48,611 bases of DNA from an uncultured Methanosarcinales archaeon (GCA_964364045.1 CAYIKL010000003.1:1-48611); one strand, 5' to 3'; counted from the first letter of the stretch, positions 1 through 9,030 are shown. The notes: generated by a model not told the origin, from the letters alone. Made by a program: numbers and translations.

Positions 1-506
1 TCAACGCAGCAACGCCTGCATTGTTCAAGAAATACAAAACAGAGAAAGACTACGCAAATGCTGACATCAATGAGCTCATCAAGCTCCTCCCGGGCATTAC
101 CTACCCCAGCGCAAAGGCAAAGTATCTCAGGGAAATCGGAAAGCTCCTTCACGAAAAATACAATGGCAAAGTTCCACAAACAATGGATGAGCTTACCGAA
201 CTTCCGGGTATTGGCAGGAAATCTGCAAACGCCATTCTCCAGAACGCATTTAACATCGTTGAAGGCATTGTTGTTGACACGCACGTCTTAAGAGTCTGTT
301 ATCGTTTAGGCTGGACAACAACTGACAAAAATGCTGTGAAATCAGAGCGCGAATTGATGAAAGCCATTCCAAGATCAGAGTGGAAAGCCCTGCCTTGGCT
401 GATGAAGAACCATGGCCGAGCAATATGCCGAGCTCCAGCCCCTTCGTGCAGCACATGTGTGGTTGAGAAGTTGTGTCCGAAGCAGGGCGTAAAAAGCTTT
501 AAATAA
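1..506 (+). CDS. nth: Endonuclease III (Nth), 5' end truncated by the window edge
   Basis: The reading frame is open from base 3. It has the helix-hairpin-helix motif LPGIGRKSANAIL, VDTHVLRV, and a C-terminal 4Fe-4S motif C-x6-C-x2-C-x5-C (CRAPAPSCSTCVVEKLC). Confidence 0.9.
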   Translation, partial: NAATPALFKKYKTEKDYANADINELIKLLPGITYPSAKAKYLREIGKLLHEKYNGKVPQTMDELTELPGIGRKSANAILQNAFNIVEGIVVDTHVLRVCYRLGWTTTDKNAVKSERELMKAIPRSEWKALPWLMKNHGRAICRAPAPSCSTCVVEKLCPKQGVKSFK

Positions 507-613
507 CAGAAAAATAAGATACTAAACAATGGATATCTTCAAAAAGAAAAAGAAGAAAAAGCGTGAATTAGACATAGACGAAGAAAGCGATCACCCCGCC
601 CATGAGGAATACG

Positions 614-1734
614 TCAAAGAGAAACCAGTAAAGACATAACGTCGCGTGCTATCTTCAGTGACTTTTTGACAATATAAGAAATACTAACGTCACCGCTCAA
701 CACTTTTCGCAGCGTTTCCTCGCTTGCCCTACCCGCGCGTGTAATCGCTCTGTCTGCAAGCTTATCATTGCCCGTTGTCTTGTCAAGCAACCGTTGCAGC
801 CAAAATCCTGCGCGGTATTTCTTATAATATGTTTTGTTCCAGTTGTTTGTATAATCCGCCAGCTTTTCAATATTGTTCTCCTTCACCGCAGTAACAACTG
901 CATCTGCCGCCATCTGCGCTGCATCCATCACAAACCGTATCCCTTCTCCAACAACCGGATTGCCTTGCAAACAGACATCACCAACAAGGATAAGATTGTG
1001 ATCATGGAATTTCTTCAATGGCTTTCCTGTGCGGAAAATGCCGGAATTCATCTCAAGAATAGTATGTTCAACACGATCTTTGATGCGTTGGAATTGAAAC
1101 ATCCCGTCCAACAATTCTTTTGCTTTTGGAAAATTCTCTTTCCGAAATGTCCCATAGCCAAGCACCGCAGTGGTATCATCAATAGGAAAAAGCCAGCCAT
1201 AGCCCCCGTCATAATGGCTTCCGATGTAGAGATCTATCGTATTTTTTCCGCTTTTCAACGGAACCAAGTATTCGATGCCCAACGCCCGGATGACCTGCTG
1301 TTCAGGAACGATGCCCACATGCCTCTCAAGCACACGCCCTAACCCTGAGCAGTCAGCAAAGACCTTTGCAGTGATCATCTCCCCCGTACTCAAGGTGATA
1401 CTTTTAATACTTTTATCAACACGCTCAACACGCGTATCAAACAGAAGCTGTGCGCCGTGCTTTTGTGCTTGTTCTGATAAAAAAACGAGAAGCTTGCGCC
1501 GATTGATGACCTGTGCAGGGCCTTTTCGTGTGAATGACACGCTTTTCGATGAGAAATACATCGAATCCAATGGGCTGGACAATTTCTTCCGGTATGCCCC
1601 ATTGTGAGATATGCCGCATGTGCTGCTGATTTCTTTTTATCCACAACCACCACATTCAGCCCGTGCTCCGCAGCTTTCCAAGCTAACGTTAATCCGGCAG
1701 GCCCAGCACCGACAACCGCTAAATCAGCATCCAT
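614..1734 (-). pseudogene. Geranylgeranyl reductase-family FAD oxidoreductase, disrupted by at least one frameshift
   Basis: The FAD-binding N-terminus MDADLAVVGAGPAGLTLAWKAAEHGLNVVVVDKKK (ORF 1390..1734) is in a different frame from the rest of the enzyme (ORF 614..1582, with GYGWLFP and LVGD...GEGI motifs). The frame change maps to a T5/A5 run at 1634-1638. Confidence 0.7.
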
Positions 1735-1775
1735 AACAGCAAAACATTTAATAATCTTAAAAAGCTTTTCTAAAT

Positions 1776-2192
1776 ATGCTCACTGAAAAAAGTGCCGGAG
1801 CGGTTGTATTCCGTAAAGATAAGGAAATCAAGTATTTAATTCTCCATTATCATTTCAAGGCTGACTACTGGGACTTTCCGCGCGGCAACATTGAAAAGGG
1901 TGAAACAGAACAGCAGGCTGCACTGCGTGAGATTGCGGAAGAAACGGGTGCGCATGTCCAGTTCTTGCCGGAATTCAAAGCAAAAGTCAACTGGTATTAC
2001 AAGCGTGATGGCGACACTGTCTTCAAGGAGGTTATATTCTTTCTCGCAGAGACGATGGAAGAAGCGATTACACTAAGCAAAGAGCACATTGGCTATGCCT
2101 GGCTGAATTACGAGCAAGCATTGAAGAAGCTGACCTATAACAATGCCAAGGAAGTGTTGGAGAAGGCGGATGAGTTTCTAGGTAGTCGATGA
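1776..2192 (+). CDS. Nudix hydrolase
   Basis: Nudix box [22 protein letters not shown] (G-x5-E-x7-REUxEExGU). A TATA-like tttaataa lies about 25 nt upstream. Confidence 0.9.
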   Translation: MLTEKSAGAVVFRKDKEIKYLILHYHFKADYWDFPRGNIEKGETEQQAALREIAEETGAHVQFLPEFKAKVNWYYKRDGDTVFKEVIFFLAETMEEAITLSKEHIGYAWLNYEQALKKLTYNNAKEVLEKADEFLGSR

Positions 2193-2239
2193 ACGCCATT
2201 ATCACAAATTATTTAAAACACCTCTCTCTCGCCCAAAAA

Positions 2240-3523
2240 ATGGTCAAAATCGGTATCATTGGCGGCTCTGGTTTAGACAACCCAAACATCCTCCATGAAG
2301 CAGAAGATATCGACGTCACCACACCTTTCGGAACTCCTTCATCCCCATTAAAAGTAGGCAAAATAAGCAACACAGAGGTTATTCTTCTCTCCCGCCACGG
2401 CAGAGAGCATACCATTCCCCCAACGCAAGTCAACTACCGTGCAAACATCCATGCATTAAAGCAGCAAGGCTGCACACATATTCTTGCCACCACCGCCTGC
2501 GGCAGCCTGAGAGAGCAGATTAGCAGAGGCGATTTTGTCATTGTTGACCAATTCATCGACTTCACCCGCCACAGACAAATAACATTCCATGAGCAGTTTC
2601 AACCGCAGAAGATGGTCCATACGCCGATGGCTGAGCCCTTTTCAAAAGAGCTACGCAATGCATTAATTCAAACATGCGAGCAACTTAACTTAAAGCACCA
2701 CAAAAACGGCACCGTCATCACCATCGAAGGGCCGAGATTTTCAACCAAAGCAGAAAGCCATATGTTTCGTACATGGGGCGCCGATGTGATCAACATGAGC
2801 ATTGCGCCCGAAGCGATCCTGGCAAACGAAGCCGGCATTCCCTATGCAGCCATTGCTATGTCAACGGACTATGACTGCTGGAAAGAGGGTGAAGAGCCCG
2901 TAACATGGGAAGCCGTATTAGAAATATTCAATCAGAATGTTGAAAAAGTGACACAATTGCTCACAAAAACGATACCAAAAATAAACAATAAAGCAGACAT
3001 TATCAAAGCAAAGATACGAACAATACCCCACTGGCCGAAGAACGGCATTATGTTTCGTGATATCACAACATTATTGAAAGATAGCGAAGGGCTCAATCAT
3101 GTTGTCGAACTGCTGTTCGAGCGCTACAAAAACCAGAAGATTGACGTCGTGGCAGGAATTGAATCACGAGGCTTTATTGTAGGCTCAATATTATCACACA
3201 AGCTGGGCGTTGGTTTTGTTCCTATCCGAAAGCCAGGAAAGCTTCCTGCAGAAACAGTGTCCGAGGAATATCAGCTCGAATACGGGAAAGACAGGATCGA
3301 GATTCATAAAGATGCAATCCATCCGAATGAACGTGTCCTGTTAATTGACGATTTGATTGCCACCGGGGGTACAATGCTTGCTGCTGCAAACCTCATAAAA
3401 AAACTCGGCGGAAAAGTCATTGAATGCGGCTGCATTGTCGATTTACCGGATATTGGTGGAAAAAAGAAGCTGCAAAACGCAGGCTATACTGTTTTTAATT
3501 TGGTTGAATTTGAAGGGGAATGA
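2240..3523 (+). CDS. Fusion of 5'-methylthioadenosine/purine nucleoside phosphorylase (N-terminal, to about 2992) and adenine phosphoribosyltransferase (about 2993-3523)
   Basis: N-terminal half: [33 protein letters not shown] (MTAP/PNP family). C-terminal half: [45 protein letters not shown] (APRT PRPP motif). ATG 2240 is preferred over 2189 because a TATA-like ttatttaaaa is centred about 27 nt upstream. Confidence 0.85.
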   Translation: MVKIGIIGGSGLDNPNILHEAEDIDVTTPFGTPSSPLKVGKISNTEVILLSRHGREHTIPPTQVNYRANIHALKQQGCTHILATTACGSLREQISRGDFVIVDQFIDFTRHRQITFHEQFQPQKMVHTPMAEPFSKELRNALIQTCEQLNLKHHKNGTVITIEGPRFSTKAESHMFRTWGADVINMSIAPEAILANEAGIPYAAIAMSTDYDCWKEGEEPVTWEAVLEIFNQNVEKVTQLLTKTIPKINNKADIIKAKIRTIPHWPKNGIMFRDITTLLKDSEGLNHVVELLFERYKNQKIDVVAGIESRGFIVGSILSHKLGVGFVPIRKPGKLPAETVSEEYQLEYGKDRIEIHKDAIHPNERVLLIDDLIATGGTMLAAANLIKKLGGKVIECGCIVDLPDIGGKKKLQNAGYTVFNLVEFEGE

Positions 3524-3718
3524 TTATTCTAAGCGATAGCCATTTTCCCTATACATAGCTAACAAACCACTATACTGTGGCTTCAATTCTGGATATGCCG
3601 TCAGAACGTGCTCAATATGTGCTGCAACACGCTCAGGAAAAAGAGATCCTTCATCTAAATATGTAAACAGCCGAAGAACTATTGCTTCAACATCATAATC
3701 AAGCAGCGATTTCACCAT
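3524..3718 (-). CDS. Small hypothetical protein (64 aa)
   Basis: An ORF that overlaps the aIF2-gamma stop by 20 nt on the same strand. No recognisable motif. Confidence 0.4.
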   Translation of the reverse strand: MVKSLLDYDVEAIVLRLFTYLDEGSLFPERVAAHIEHVLTAYPELKPQYSGLLAMYRENGYRLE

Positions 3719-4955
3719 ATCCTATCAGCCTGAACCTCGTTTCCACTCTTCTTGAAATGGTCACGCGCGAACCCTTTTCTGCACACACGGGCTTCTTCAG
3801 CACGCACTCAACCTGGTTCTTTTTTATCTCAACGACTGTGCCAACCGTTGCAGCAGCGTTCACATTCAGCATCAACAGCTCGCCTTTCATGATGGGCTTT
3901 ACCTCCATCTCATCCTCTAAACCAACAACACGCTCAAGCAGCTTTGTCTTTAATGAAAACTCATACCAGACCGGCGGAAGCTTGCCTTCTTTTCCCGCGA
4001 TTGAGCCAGCTAAACTATCTGATTTAACCAGCGCAGGATCAAGCAGTGTCATGACACCAATGCTGCCCCCCGGACCAAGTTCGTCAAGATCTTCACCGCC
4101 TGACTTCAACCCAGCTATTGTCGTTGTCAACGGCTTCCACACCTGCTTGTTCTTCTCCAATACCATCCTCCCCGGACGTATCTCAATCATCTCCCCTTTC
4201 TTTAACGCTCCTTGCTTTAATGTTCCACCCAACACACCGCCCACCATATCCGCTACCGCTGTGCCTGGCCTGTTCACATCAAAACTGCGCGCGACGTACA
4301 TGAAAGGTTCAGCGTTTGGGTCGCGCTGCGGTGTAGGGATAAATTCCTCAATCGCCTGGATCAGCACATCGGTATTTGCACCGCTGCGTGCGCTGATGGG
4401 GATGATCGGTGATTTTTCATAATCCGTTCCCTTAAAAAATTCTTTAATCTGTGCATAGTTTGCAAGTGCTTCCTCACGCGTCACCAAATCAATCTTGTTC
4501 TGCACCACAATGACATTCTTTACCCCTATGATTTGGAGTGCCATCACATGCTCTCTCGTTTGCGGCTGCGGGCATTTTTCTGCAGCACTGACAAGCAGCA
4601 ACGCCCCATCAATAATTGTTGAGCCTGCAAGCATCGTCGCCATAAGCGATTCATGCCCTGGTGCATCAACAAACGATACTTTTCTCAAAACATCATATTC
4701 TTTCTTTTCTTTCTTCGCATGCTGCTCCGTGGAATACTTGCCCTCTTTTGTCTTGACAAAAATGGTGTCTGCATAGCCTAAGCGGATGGTAATGCCTCGT
4801 TTTAACTCTTCAGAATGCGTGTCTGTCCATTTGCCTGATAACCGTTCAGTCAACGTTGTCTTTCCGTGGTCAACATGGCCCACTAAGCCGATGTTCACTT
4901 CAGGCTGCACAGCTGCTTTCTTTTTCTTTACGCTCTTCACTGCTTTCCGTGGCAT
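3699..4955 (-). CDS. eif2g: Translation initiation factor aIF2 gamma subunit
   Basis: GTPase motifs GHVDHGKTTL, DAPGH and NKID, followed by EF-Tu-like domains II and III. ATG 4955 is chosen (the track start at 4964 is TTG) because the TATA is centred 26.5 nt upstream. Confidence 0.95.
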   Translation of the reverse strand: MPRKAVKSVKKKKAAVQPEVNIGLVGHVDHGKTTLTERLSGKWTDTHSEELKRGITIRLGYADTIFVKTKEGKYSTEQHAKKEKKEYDVLRKVSFVDAPGHESLMATMLAGSTIIDGALLLVSAAEKCPQPQTREHVMALQIIGVKNVIVVQNKIDLVTREEALANYAQIKEFFKGTDYEKSPIIPISARSGANTDVLIQAIEEFIPTPQRDPNAEPFMYVARSFDVNRPGTAVADMVGGVLGGTLKQGALKKGEMIEIRPGRMVLEKNKQVWKPLTTTIAGLKSGGEDLDELGPGGSIGVMTLLDPALVKSDSLAGSIAGKEGKLPPVWYEFSLKTKLLERVVGLEDEMEVKPIMKGELLMLNVNAAATVGTVVEIKKNQVECVLKKPVCAEKGSRVTISRRVETRFRLIGYGEIAA

Positions 4956-4977
4956 GCGCTGCAAAACCTGAGTTCAC

Positions 4978-4985
4978 TTTATAAA
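4978..4985. promoter_or_regulatory. Palindromic TATA box TTTATAAA shared by divergent leaderless genes
   Basis: The box centre (4981.5) is exactly 26.5 nt from ATG 4955 (minus strand) and from ATG 5008 (plus strand). Confidence 0.5.
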
Positions 4986-5007
4986 TCTTATTCCTTTCTC
5001 TAAACAA

Positions 5008-5562
5008 ATGCCCATCTACATCATCGAGCATCTTGAAGGGAAGCTTTGGGAATGGTGTCTGATTGAATACAAGCATATAGCAACGATAGTATCAAACCTA
5101 TGGTTTACCAACATAAAAAGCAATCGCTTAAAAAAGTATGGAAAAGTAATCACAAAATCAGTCACACAGCTGTCATTAAAAAATGCCTGTGTTCTTGATC
5201 CAGCCGCAAAAAAAACATTGACACCGGAAGAAGCAAAGACATTCGATTTCTTTATTTTCGGCGGTATACTGGGCGATGATCCTCCACAAAAACGTACATT
5301 TCCTGAATTGACATCAGGATTAAGGAACGCAGAGGCAAGAAACATTGGAAAGAAGCAGATGTCAACCGACACCGCAGTGTATGTAGTGAAGCAGATTGTT
5401 GAAGGAAAAAAGCTCAGTGATATAACATTTAAGGACACGATCGAGATCCCGTTGGGAAAGCATGAATCGACTACTCTTCCTTACCGCTATATACTCATCA
5501 ATAACAAGCCGATGGTGAGTAAAGAACTTATCCTATACTTAAAAAAGAGAAAGGGATTTTAA
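5008..5562 (+). CDS. SPOUT-class SAM-dependent methyltransferase (PF04252 / yeast Sfm1-like)
   Basis: YIIEHLE...W...EY at the N-terminus, CVLDP...LTPEEAKTFDFFIFGGILGDDPP, GKKQMSTDTAV and LPYRYIL match my memory of Sfm1/DUF431. Confidence 0.7.
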   Translation: MPIYIIEHLEGKLWEWCLIEYKHIATIVSNLWFTNIKSNRLKKYGKVITKSVTQLSLKNACVLDPAAKKTLTPEEAKTFDFFIFGGILGDDPPQKRTFPELTSGLRNAEARNIGKKQMSTDTAVYVVKQIVEGKKLSDITFKDTIEIPLGKHESTTLPYRYILINNKPMVSKELILYLKKRKGF

Positions 5563-6476
5563 CGCCAGTGCACCTCATCATGCTCAAGATATCCCTGTAG
5601 CCACTTCTGCACATCATACGCGGATGGCCTGCGTTCATTCTGCTGGACCATTGATGCCAGAAGTGAACTTGTCCACCGCGGCAATTCCGGACGCAATGCG
5701 TGCACATCATGTTCCCATCGTTGTGGAGGGCACCCAATGAGCAATGCAAAGCCGAGCGCACCTGCAGAGTAAATGTTGCTTGATGGAGTAGGAGCTTCAC
5801 CAGCACACACTTCAGGTGCTGCATAGAGGTAGGTATTATCAAAGTTGCTTATTCCAGTTTGTGCTTTTTGACCACTGATCCCTGCACTTTGGGCAAGGCC
5901 AGAAGAAGCAAAATCAATGTCCAAGAGTTTGACTTTACTGCTATCGATTCCAAGATTTCCCGGATGAAGATCGAGAACATAACCTTGTGCATGATAAAAA
6001 TCAAGTGCACCCAAGAGATCATCCATAAACCCCGCAAACTCTTCTGTATTCGCACGAAAGCCCGTCCTGGCCAGCTCAAGGACCTGTGTAAGCGGACGCG
6101 CATAGCTTTCCACAAGAAAGGGCATTCCGCGATACATGCCTTCACATATGAAACGTGTTTGATGGGGATTTTTTTTGTATACCTGAAGCAGCCGTCCTTT
6201 ATTCTTCACGCGCCGATGGTATTCCGGTTTGAGCGGAAATAAAACAGCATAATGGAGCCACGTAGGATTATCACCTGCATGTGCCCGAAACGCAATACAA
6301 TAATCTCCCTTGCCAATAACCGAAACAAGACTAAACACATCAACCTGCGGAACTCTCTTCTCAGCTACTGCTCTCTCAAGGTCTCCAATATCAGAAATCT
6401 CTGCCACAGATGTGCTATTCCTATATTTAATATAAACATTCTTCAACAAATACGCCAAACAAGAAGAAATTGACAT
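5559..6476 (-). CDS. Atypical Hanks-type (eukaryote-like) protein kinase domain protein
   Basis: G-loop-like IGKGDY, catalytic-loop variant LDLHPGNL, DFG variant DIDFAS, and an APE motif YAAPEV. The usual VAIK lysine position reads CIAFRA. Confidence 0.7.
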   Translation of the reverse strand: MSISSCLAYLLKNVYIKYRNSTSVAEISDIGDLERAVAEKRVPQVDVFSLVSVIGKGDYCIAFRAHAGDNPTWLHYAVLFPLKPEYHRRVKNKGRLLQVYKKNPHQTRFICEGMYRGMPFLVESYARPLTQVLELARTGFRANTEEFAGFMDDLLGALDFYHAQGYVLDLHPGNLGIDSSKVKLLDIDFASSGLAQSAGISGQKAQTGISNFDNTYLYAAPEVCAGEAPTPSSNIYSAGALGFALLIGCPPQRWEHDVHALRPELPRWTSSLLASMVQQNERRPSAYDVQKWLQGYLEHDEVHWR

Positions 6477-6520
6477 TTTTGATGATTAACCTTAAAAAGA
6501 GCAGAAAAAAGAACAGAGAA

Positions 6521-7069
6521 ATGAAGTATATACTCCTGCTTATGCTCATACTCGGGTGCACCTATCAGCCAGAAGCGGTGAAAATTGGTGCACTACTTTC
6601 GCTGAGCGATGAAGCATCATCAGCAAAAAACGGCATTGATTTAGCCGTGATGGAAATCAACCAGCAGAAGTCGTTAAACGCACCTCTGCGTGTGATCGCT
6701 GAAGAGAGTCGTTGTGATACAACACAGGCAGAAAAAGCAGCAACAAAACTGATTCTTGCAGATGGTGCCCGCGCTATTATCAGTGATATCTGTCCCAAAG
6801 CCGCCGTTGCTGCAGCAAAAGTAGCGCAGTCAAACACCGCCGTGCTCCTCAGTTTCGTCAACATAACGCAGGAATATGTCTTTCCCATCGAAAGCAACGC
6901 ATCCGCTATGTTTGTCAAACTCTATGAGAAAGTATACAACCAAACGTCGGATTTACATGCAGCACAGGGCTACAACGCAGTAAAGATGCTTGCCGATGCT
7001 TTGAAAGAAACAGATTATACGGGAAGAAAGCTGAATGAGTGGTTCAACAGCGAGCACATTCCGAACTGA
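6521..7069 (+). CDS. Short lipoprotein related to type-I periplasmic binding proteins (LivK-like)
   Basis: Signal peptide with lipobox LILGC, then VKIGALLSLSD...GIDLAVMEINQ...LRVIAEESRCD...AAKVAQSNTAVLLSF, typical of Leu/Ile/Val-binding proteins. It is only about half the normal length. Alternative in-frame starts are 6470 (TTG) and 6482 (ATG). Confidence 0.6.
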   Translation: MKYILLLMLILGCTYQPEAVKIGALLSLSDEASSAKNGIDLAVMEINQQKSLNAPLRVIAEESRCDTTQAEKAATKLILADGARAIISDICPKAAVAAAKVAQSNTAVLLSFVNITQEYVFPIESNASAMFVKLYEKVYNQTSDLHAAQGYNAVKMLADALKETDYTGRKLNEWFNSEHIPN

Positions 7070-7685
7070 CAGCCTTTTTATCAACAGGCAGCAAAACATA
7101 CTTCTGCGACCTTCCACTATAAGCATCCATTCCACTCAAAAGCTTCATTGCATCATCAAATGCTGTTTTCATATCAGTATCAGTTGGTACTATCGGCCGC
7201 CTACACCTCTCCTGCATAAGAACAACATCCCCATTTTCAAATCTGTAGCTCCCTTGTGCATGGATGGTAACCGTTATGTCCGCACCCCGATACGGGCCCG
7301 TAAGTGTTGCACTGTGACACGGAAAGCGCGCTTCGTCAAACGCAGCACCAGGCAATACAGTACAAAGTTCTTCTACAAAATTCCGTGCAACAATAAGATC
7401 AAAAATGCTTTTCTGCTCAAAACCCCTTAAGAAAGTAAGAGAGAACTGCTCATCACCTTGACTTGCTTTTACCTGAAAAAAAAGATAAGTGCTTTCTGCA
7501 CCACTTGCAACAAGGTAATCAACTCCTTTACACAGAAGAAAAGAACCTAAAAAAAGGTCACTCCTCTCATAGCGTATCTGAGGGTCAAACCCAAGTTCCC
7601 TATCCTGATTCTTCCTTTCCTCAAAACGTCGTGCATCGACTACAGGACCAAGCGTATCAAGTGCTGCCTTAATATTTTCAAGCAT
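7044..7685 (-). CDS. Hypothetical protein
   Basis: The ORF extends to 7841, but ATG 7685 has a TATA (ttttatata) centred about 27 nt upstream, in the gap after the upstream stop at 7735. Confidence 0.5.
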   Translation of the reverse strand: MLENIKAALDTLGPVVDARRFEERKNQDRELGFDPQIRYERSDLFLGSFLLCKGVDYLVASGAESTYLFFQVKASQGDEQFSLTFLRGFEQKSIFDLIVARNFVEELCTVLPGAAFDEARFPCHSATLTGPYRGADITVTIHAQGSYRFENGDVVLMQERCRRPIVPTDTDMKTAFDDAMKLLSGMDAYSGRSQKYVLLPVDKKAVSSECARC

Positions 7686-7734
7686 GACGCCATTTTTCCG
7701 GACTGTTATATAAAATTTTCTCAGTGCGAGAGTG

Positions 7735-8457
7735 TTATCCTTGAAACAAAGAAACAAGTTTCTCCGCTCGTGCATGAGTTTTCTTGTCATCCTGAAGCGG
7801 CCTGATCTGCAGGCGAAGATATCTTCGTTGACTCCTAACAAACCTTCTCATCCCATCTGCAGCTAAGCCAATGCCAGCAAGAGCACCACCAATTGTAACT
7901 GGATGTATCACACCAGCCGAAGAATCACGTGCAAGAGCGGTCACCAATCCATAACTGGCTGCACAGAGGATACCAATACCTGCAAAAAATTCACCCGCTC
8001 CGCCTAAAGCCCTCGTCCACAATAAGTCTTCATGATAGGAGAGATCACCATTTAGGAGATACGCATGGAAGTGGATAGAAGAGCCTGCGCCCTTCGGGAT
8101 TCTTCGCAGCTGCGCCTTCTGGGGTTCCGAAATGTCATCAGCGAGACGATGTTCAATTCCCCGTGCATCAAGAGGAAAATAGATACGACTTCCATTTTCT
8201 GCATAGTGTTCAAGTTCTCTAAAGCTGGTAATTGCCAAGTCGGTCAGTGCCCACTCTATGCCACGAGCACCAATCGTTGTTTTGTACACATGAATAGCAT
8301 CCGGCTGAGGTGTAAGAGCTGGCTCAGCTACTTTCTCCTGCTCTCTAAGAGCGTGATATTGCTCACCCAGCTGCTGAATTACACGATACATATCTTTAAC
8401 AGTTGGCCCCTGTGCAAAACCTGTGGCCGCTCCAATTTCAACTATATAGGGCTCCAT
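7735..8457 (-). CDS. Hypothetical protein with C-terminal transmembrane segments
   Basis: A 240-aa ORF with Gly/Ala-rich hydrophobic stretches near the C-terminus (GAGEFFAGIGILCAASYGLV, VTIGGALAGIGLAA). A TATA (ggtttaaatag) lies about 28 nt upstream. Confidence 0.55.
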   Translation of the reverse strand: MEPYIVEIGAATGFAQGPTVKDMYRVIQQLGEQYHALREQEKVAEPALTPQPDAIHVYKTTIGARGIEWALTDLAITSFRELEHYAENGSRIYFPLDARGIEHRLADDISEPQKAQLRRIPKGAGSSIHFHAYLLNGDLSYHEDLLWTRALGGAGEFFAGIGILCAASYGLVTALARDSSAGVIHPVTIGGALAGIGLAADGMRRFVRSQRRYLRLQIRPLQDDKKTHARAEKLVSLFQG

Positions 8458-8516
8458 AAAAGCATATTTCTCAATGCTCTATTTAAACCTTTTTCAGAAT
8501 GAGACTTCCTATAGTG

Positions 8517-8978
8517 CTAAACAAGCATAACAACCAACATCCCCACCACAATCCCAACCACACTTCCCACCGCAACATCAACCAAGTCATGCTTATCCAA
8601 ATACATGCGTGAATACGCAACGATCACACCAAGGCAAACGAGCACAATCCACAGCAGCAATTTGTCAAAATAGAGCCCAAACACCATCACATACAGCCAT
8701 GTTCGCATGGCATGGATGCTGGGAAATGAAGAAGCATATATCTTTTCCACCCAGTTGCTATGCTTCAATTTCTTTGGCCTGTCTTTGTAATAGATCTCCC
8801 GTGTCCCAATGCCTATAGCATACACAACAAGCAAGCCAACAACGAGCTCGGCAAACAATGTTACTCGCCCAATGAGCAGAACGAGCACAACGCCCAATGA
8901 TGTAAACAGCGTTCCTCCCAGCGCGCTGACATCCCTCAGCACTTCATCATGAAACTTCTTAAGGATGAGTAATGACAT
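8517..8978 (-). CDS. PAP2-family membrane phosphatase
   Basis: All three PAP2 motifs are present: KDRP, SFPSIH (PSGH-like) and SRMYLDKHDLVD (SR-x5-H-x3-D). The protein is multi-pass hydrophobic. Confidence 0.8.
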   Translation of the reverse strand: MSLLILKKFHDEVLRDVSALGGTLFTSLGVVLVLLIGRVTLFAELVVGLLVVYAIGIGTREIYYKDRPKKLKHSNWVEKIYASSFPSIHAMRTWLYVMVFGLYFDKLLLWIVLVCLGVIVAYSRMYLDKHDLVDVAVGSVVGIVVGMLVVMLV

Positions 8979-9000
8979 CAGGTCAATAAAAACATGAGCA

Positions 9001-9008
9001 TTTATATA
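9001..9008. promoter_or_regulatory. TATA box TTTATATA shared by divergent leaderless genes
   Basis: The centre (9004.5) is 26.5 nt from ATG 8978 (minus strand) and 26.5 nt from ATG 9031 (plus strand). Confidence 0.5.
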
Positions 9009-9030
9009 GTTTTGTCACGATTCAACAAGT

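Noticed and set aside
529-639. A 36-codon ORF (MDIFKKKKKKKRELD...) between nth and the GGR-like gene.
   Set aside because: The poly-Lys comes from an A-rich tract. There is no well-placed TATA or SD, and its 3' end overlaps the convergent gene. It cannot be supported from sequence alone.
1625-1645. Programmed -1 ribosomal frameshifting at T-AAA-AAG in the GGR-like gene.
   Set aside because: The P-site re-pairing would be TAA. No obvious downstream stimulatory structure was seen. A single-base homopolymer indel explains the pattern more simply.
2189-2239. An upstream ATG at 2189 that would extend the MTAP-APRT protein by 17 aa, with ATGA overlap to the Nudix stop.
   Set aside because: MTAP homologs begin at the KIGIIGGSG strand. 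A TATA-like box at about 2207-2216 sits at leaderless distance from ATG 2240. The longer form cannot be excluded.
3682-4422. A 246-aa plus-strand ORF, along with similar long ORFs at 794-1342, 18595-18954, 19048-19743, 39555-40058 and 47540-48175.
   Set aside because: Each lies antisense to a gene with strong family motifs or clear coding character. Their translations are low-complexity Ser/Pro/Thr/Phe-rich mirror-frame artefacts.
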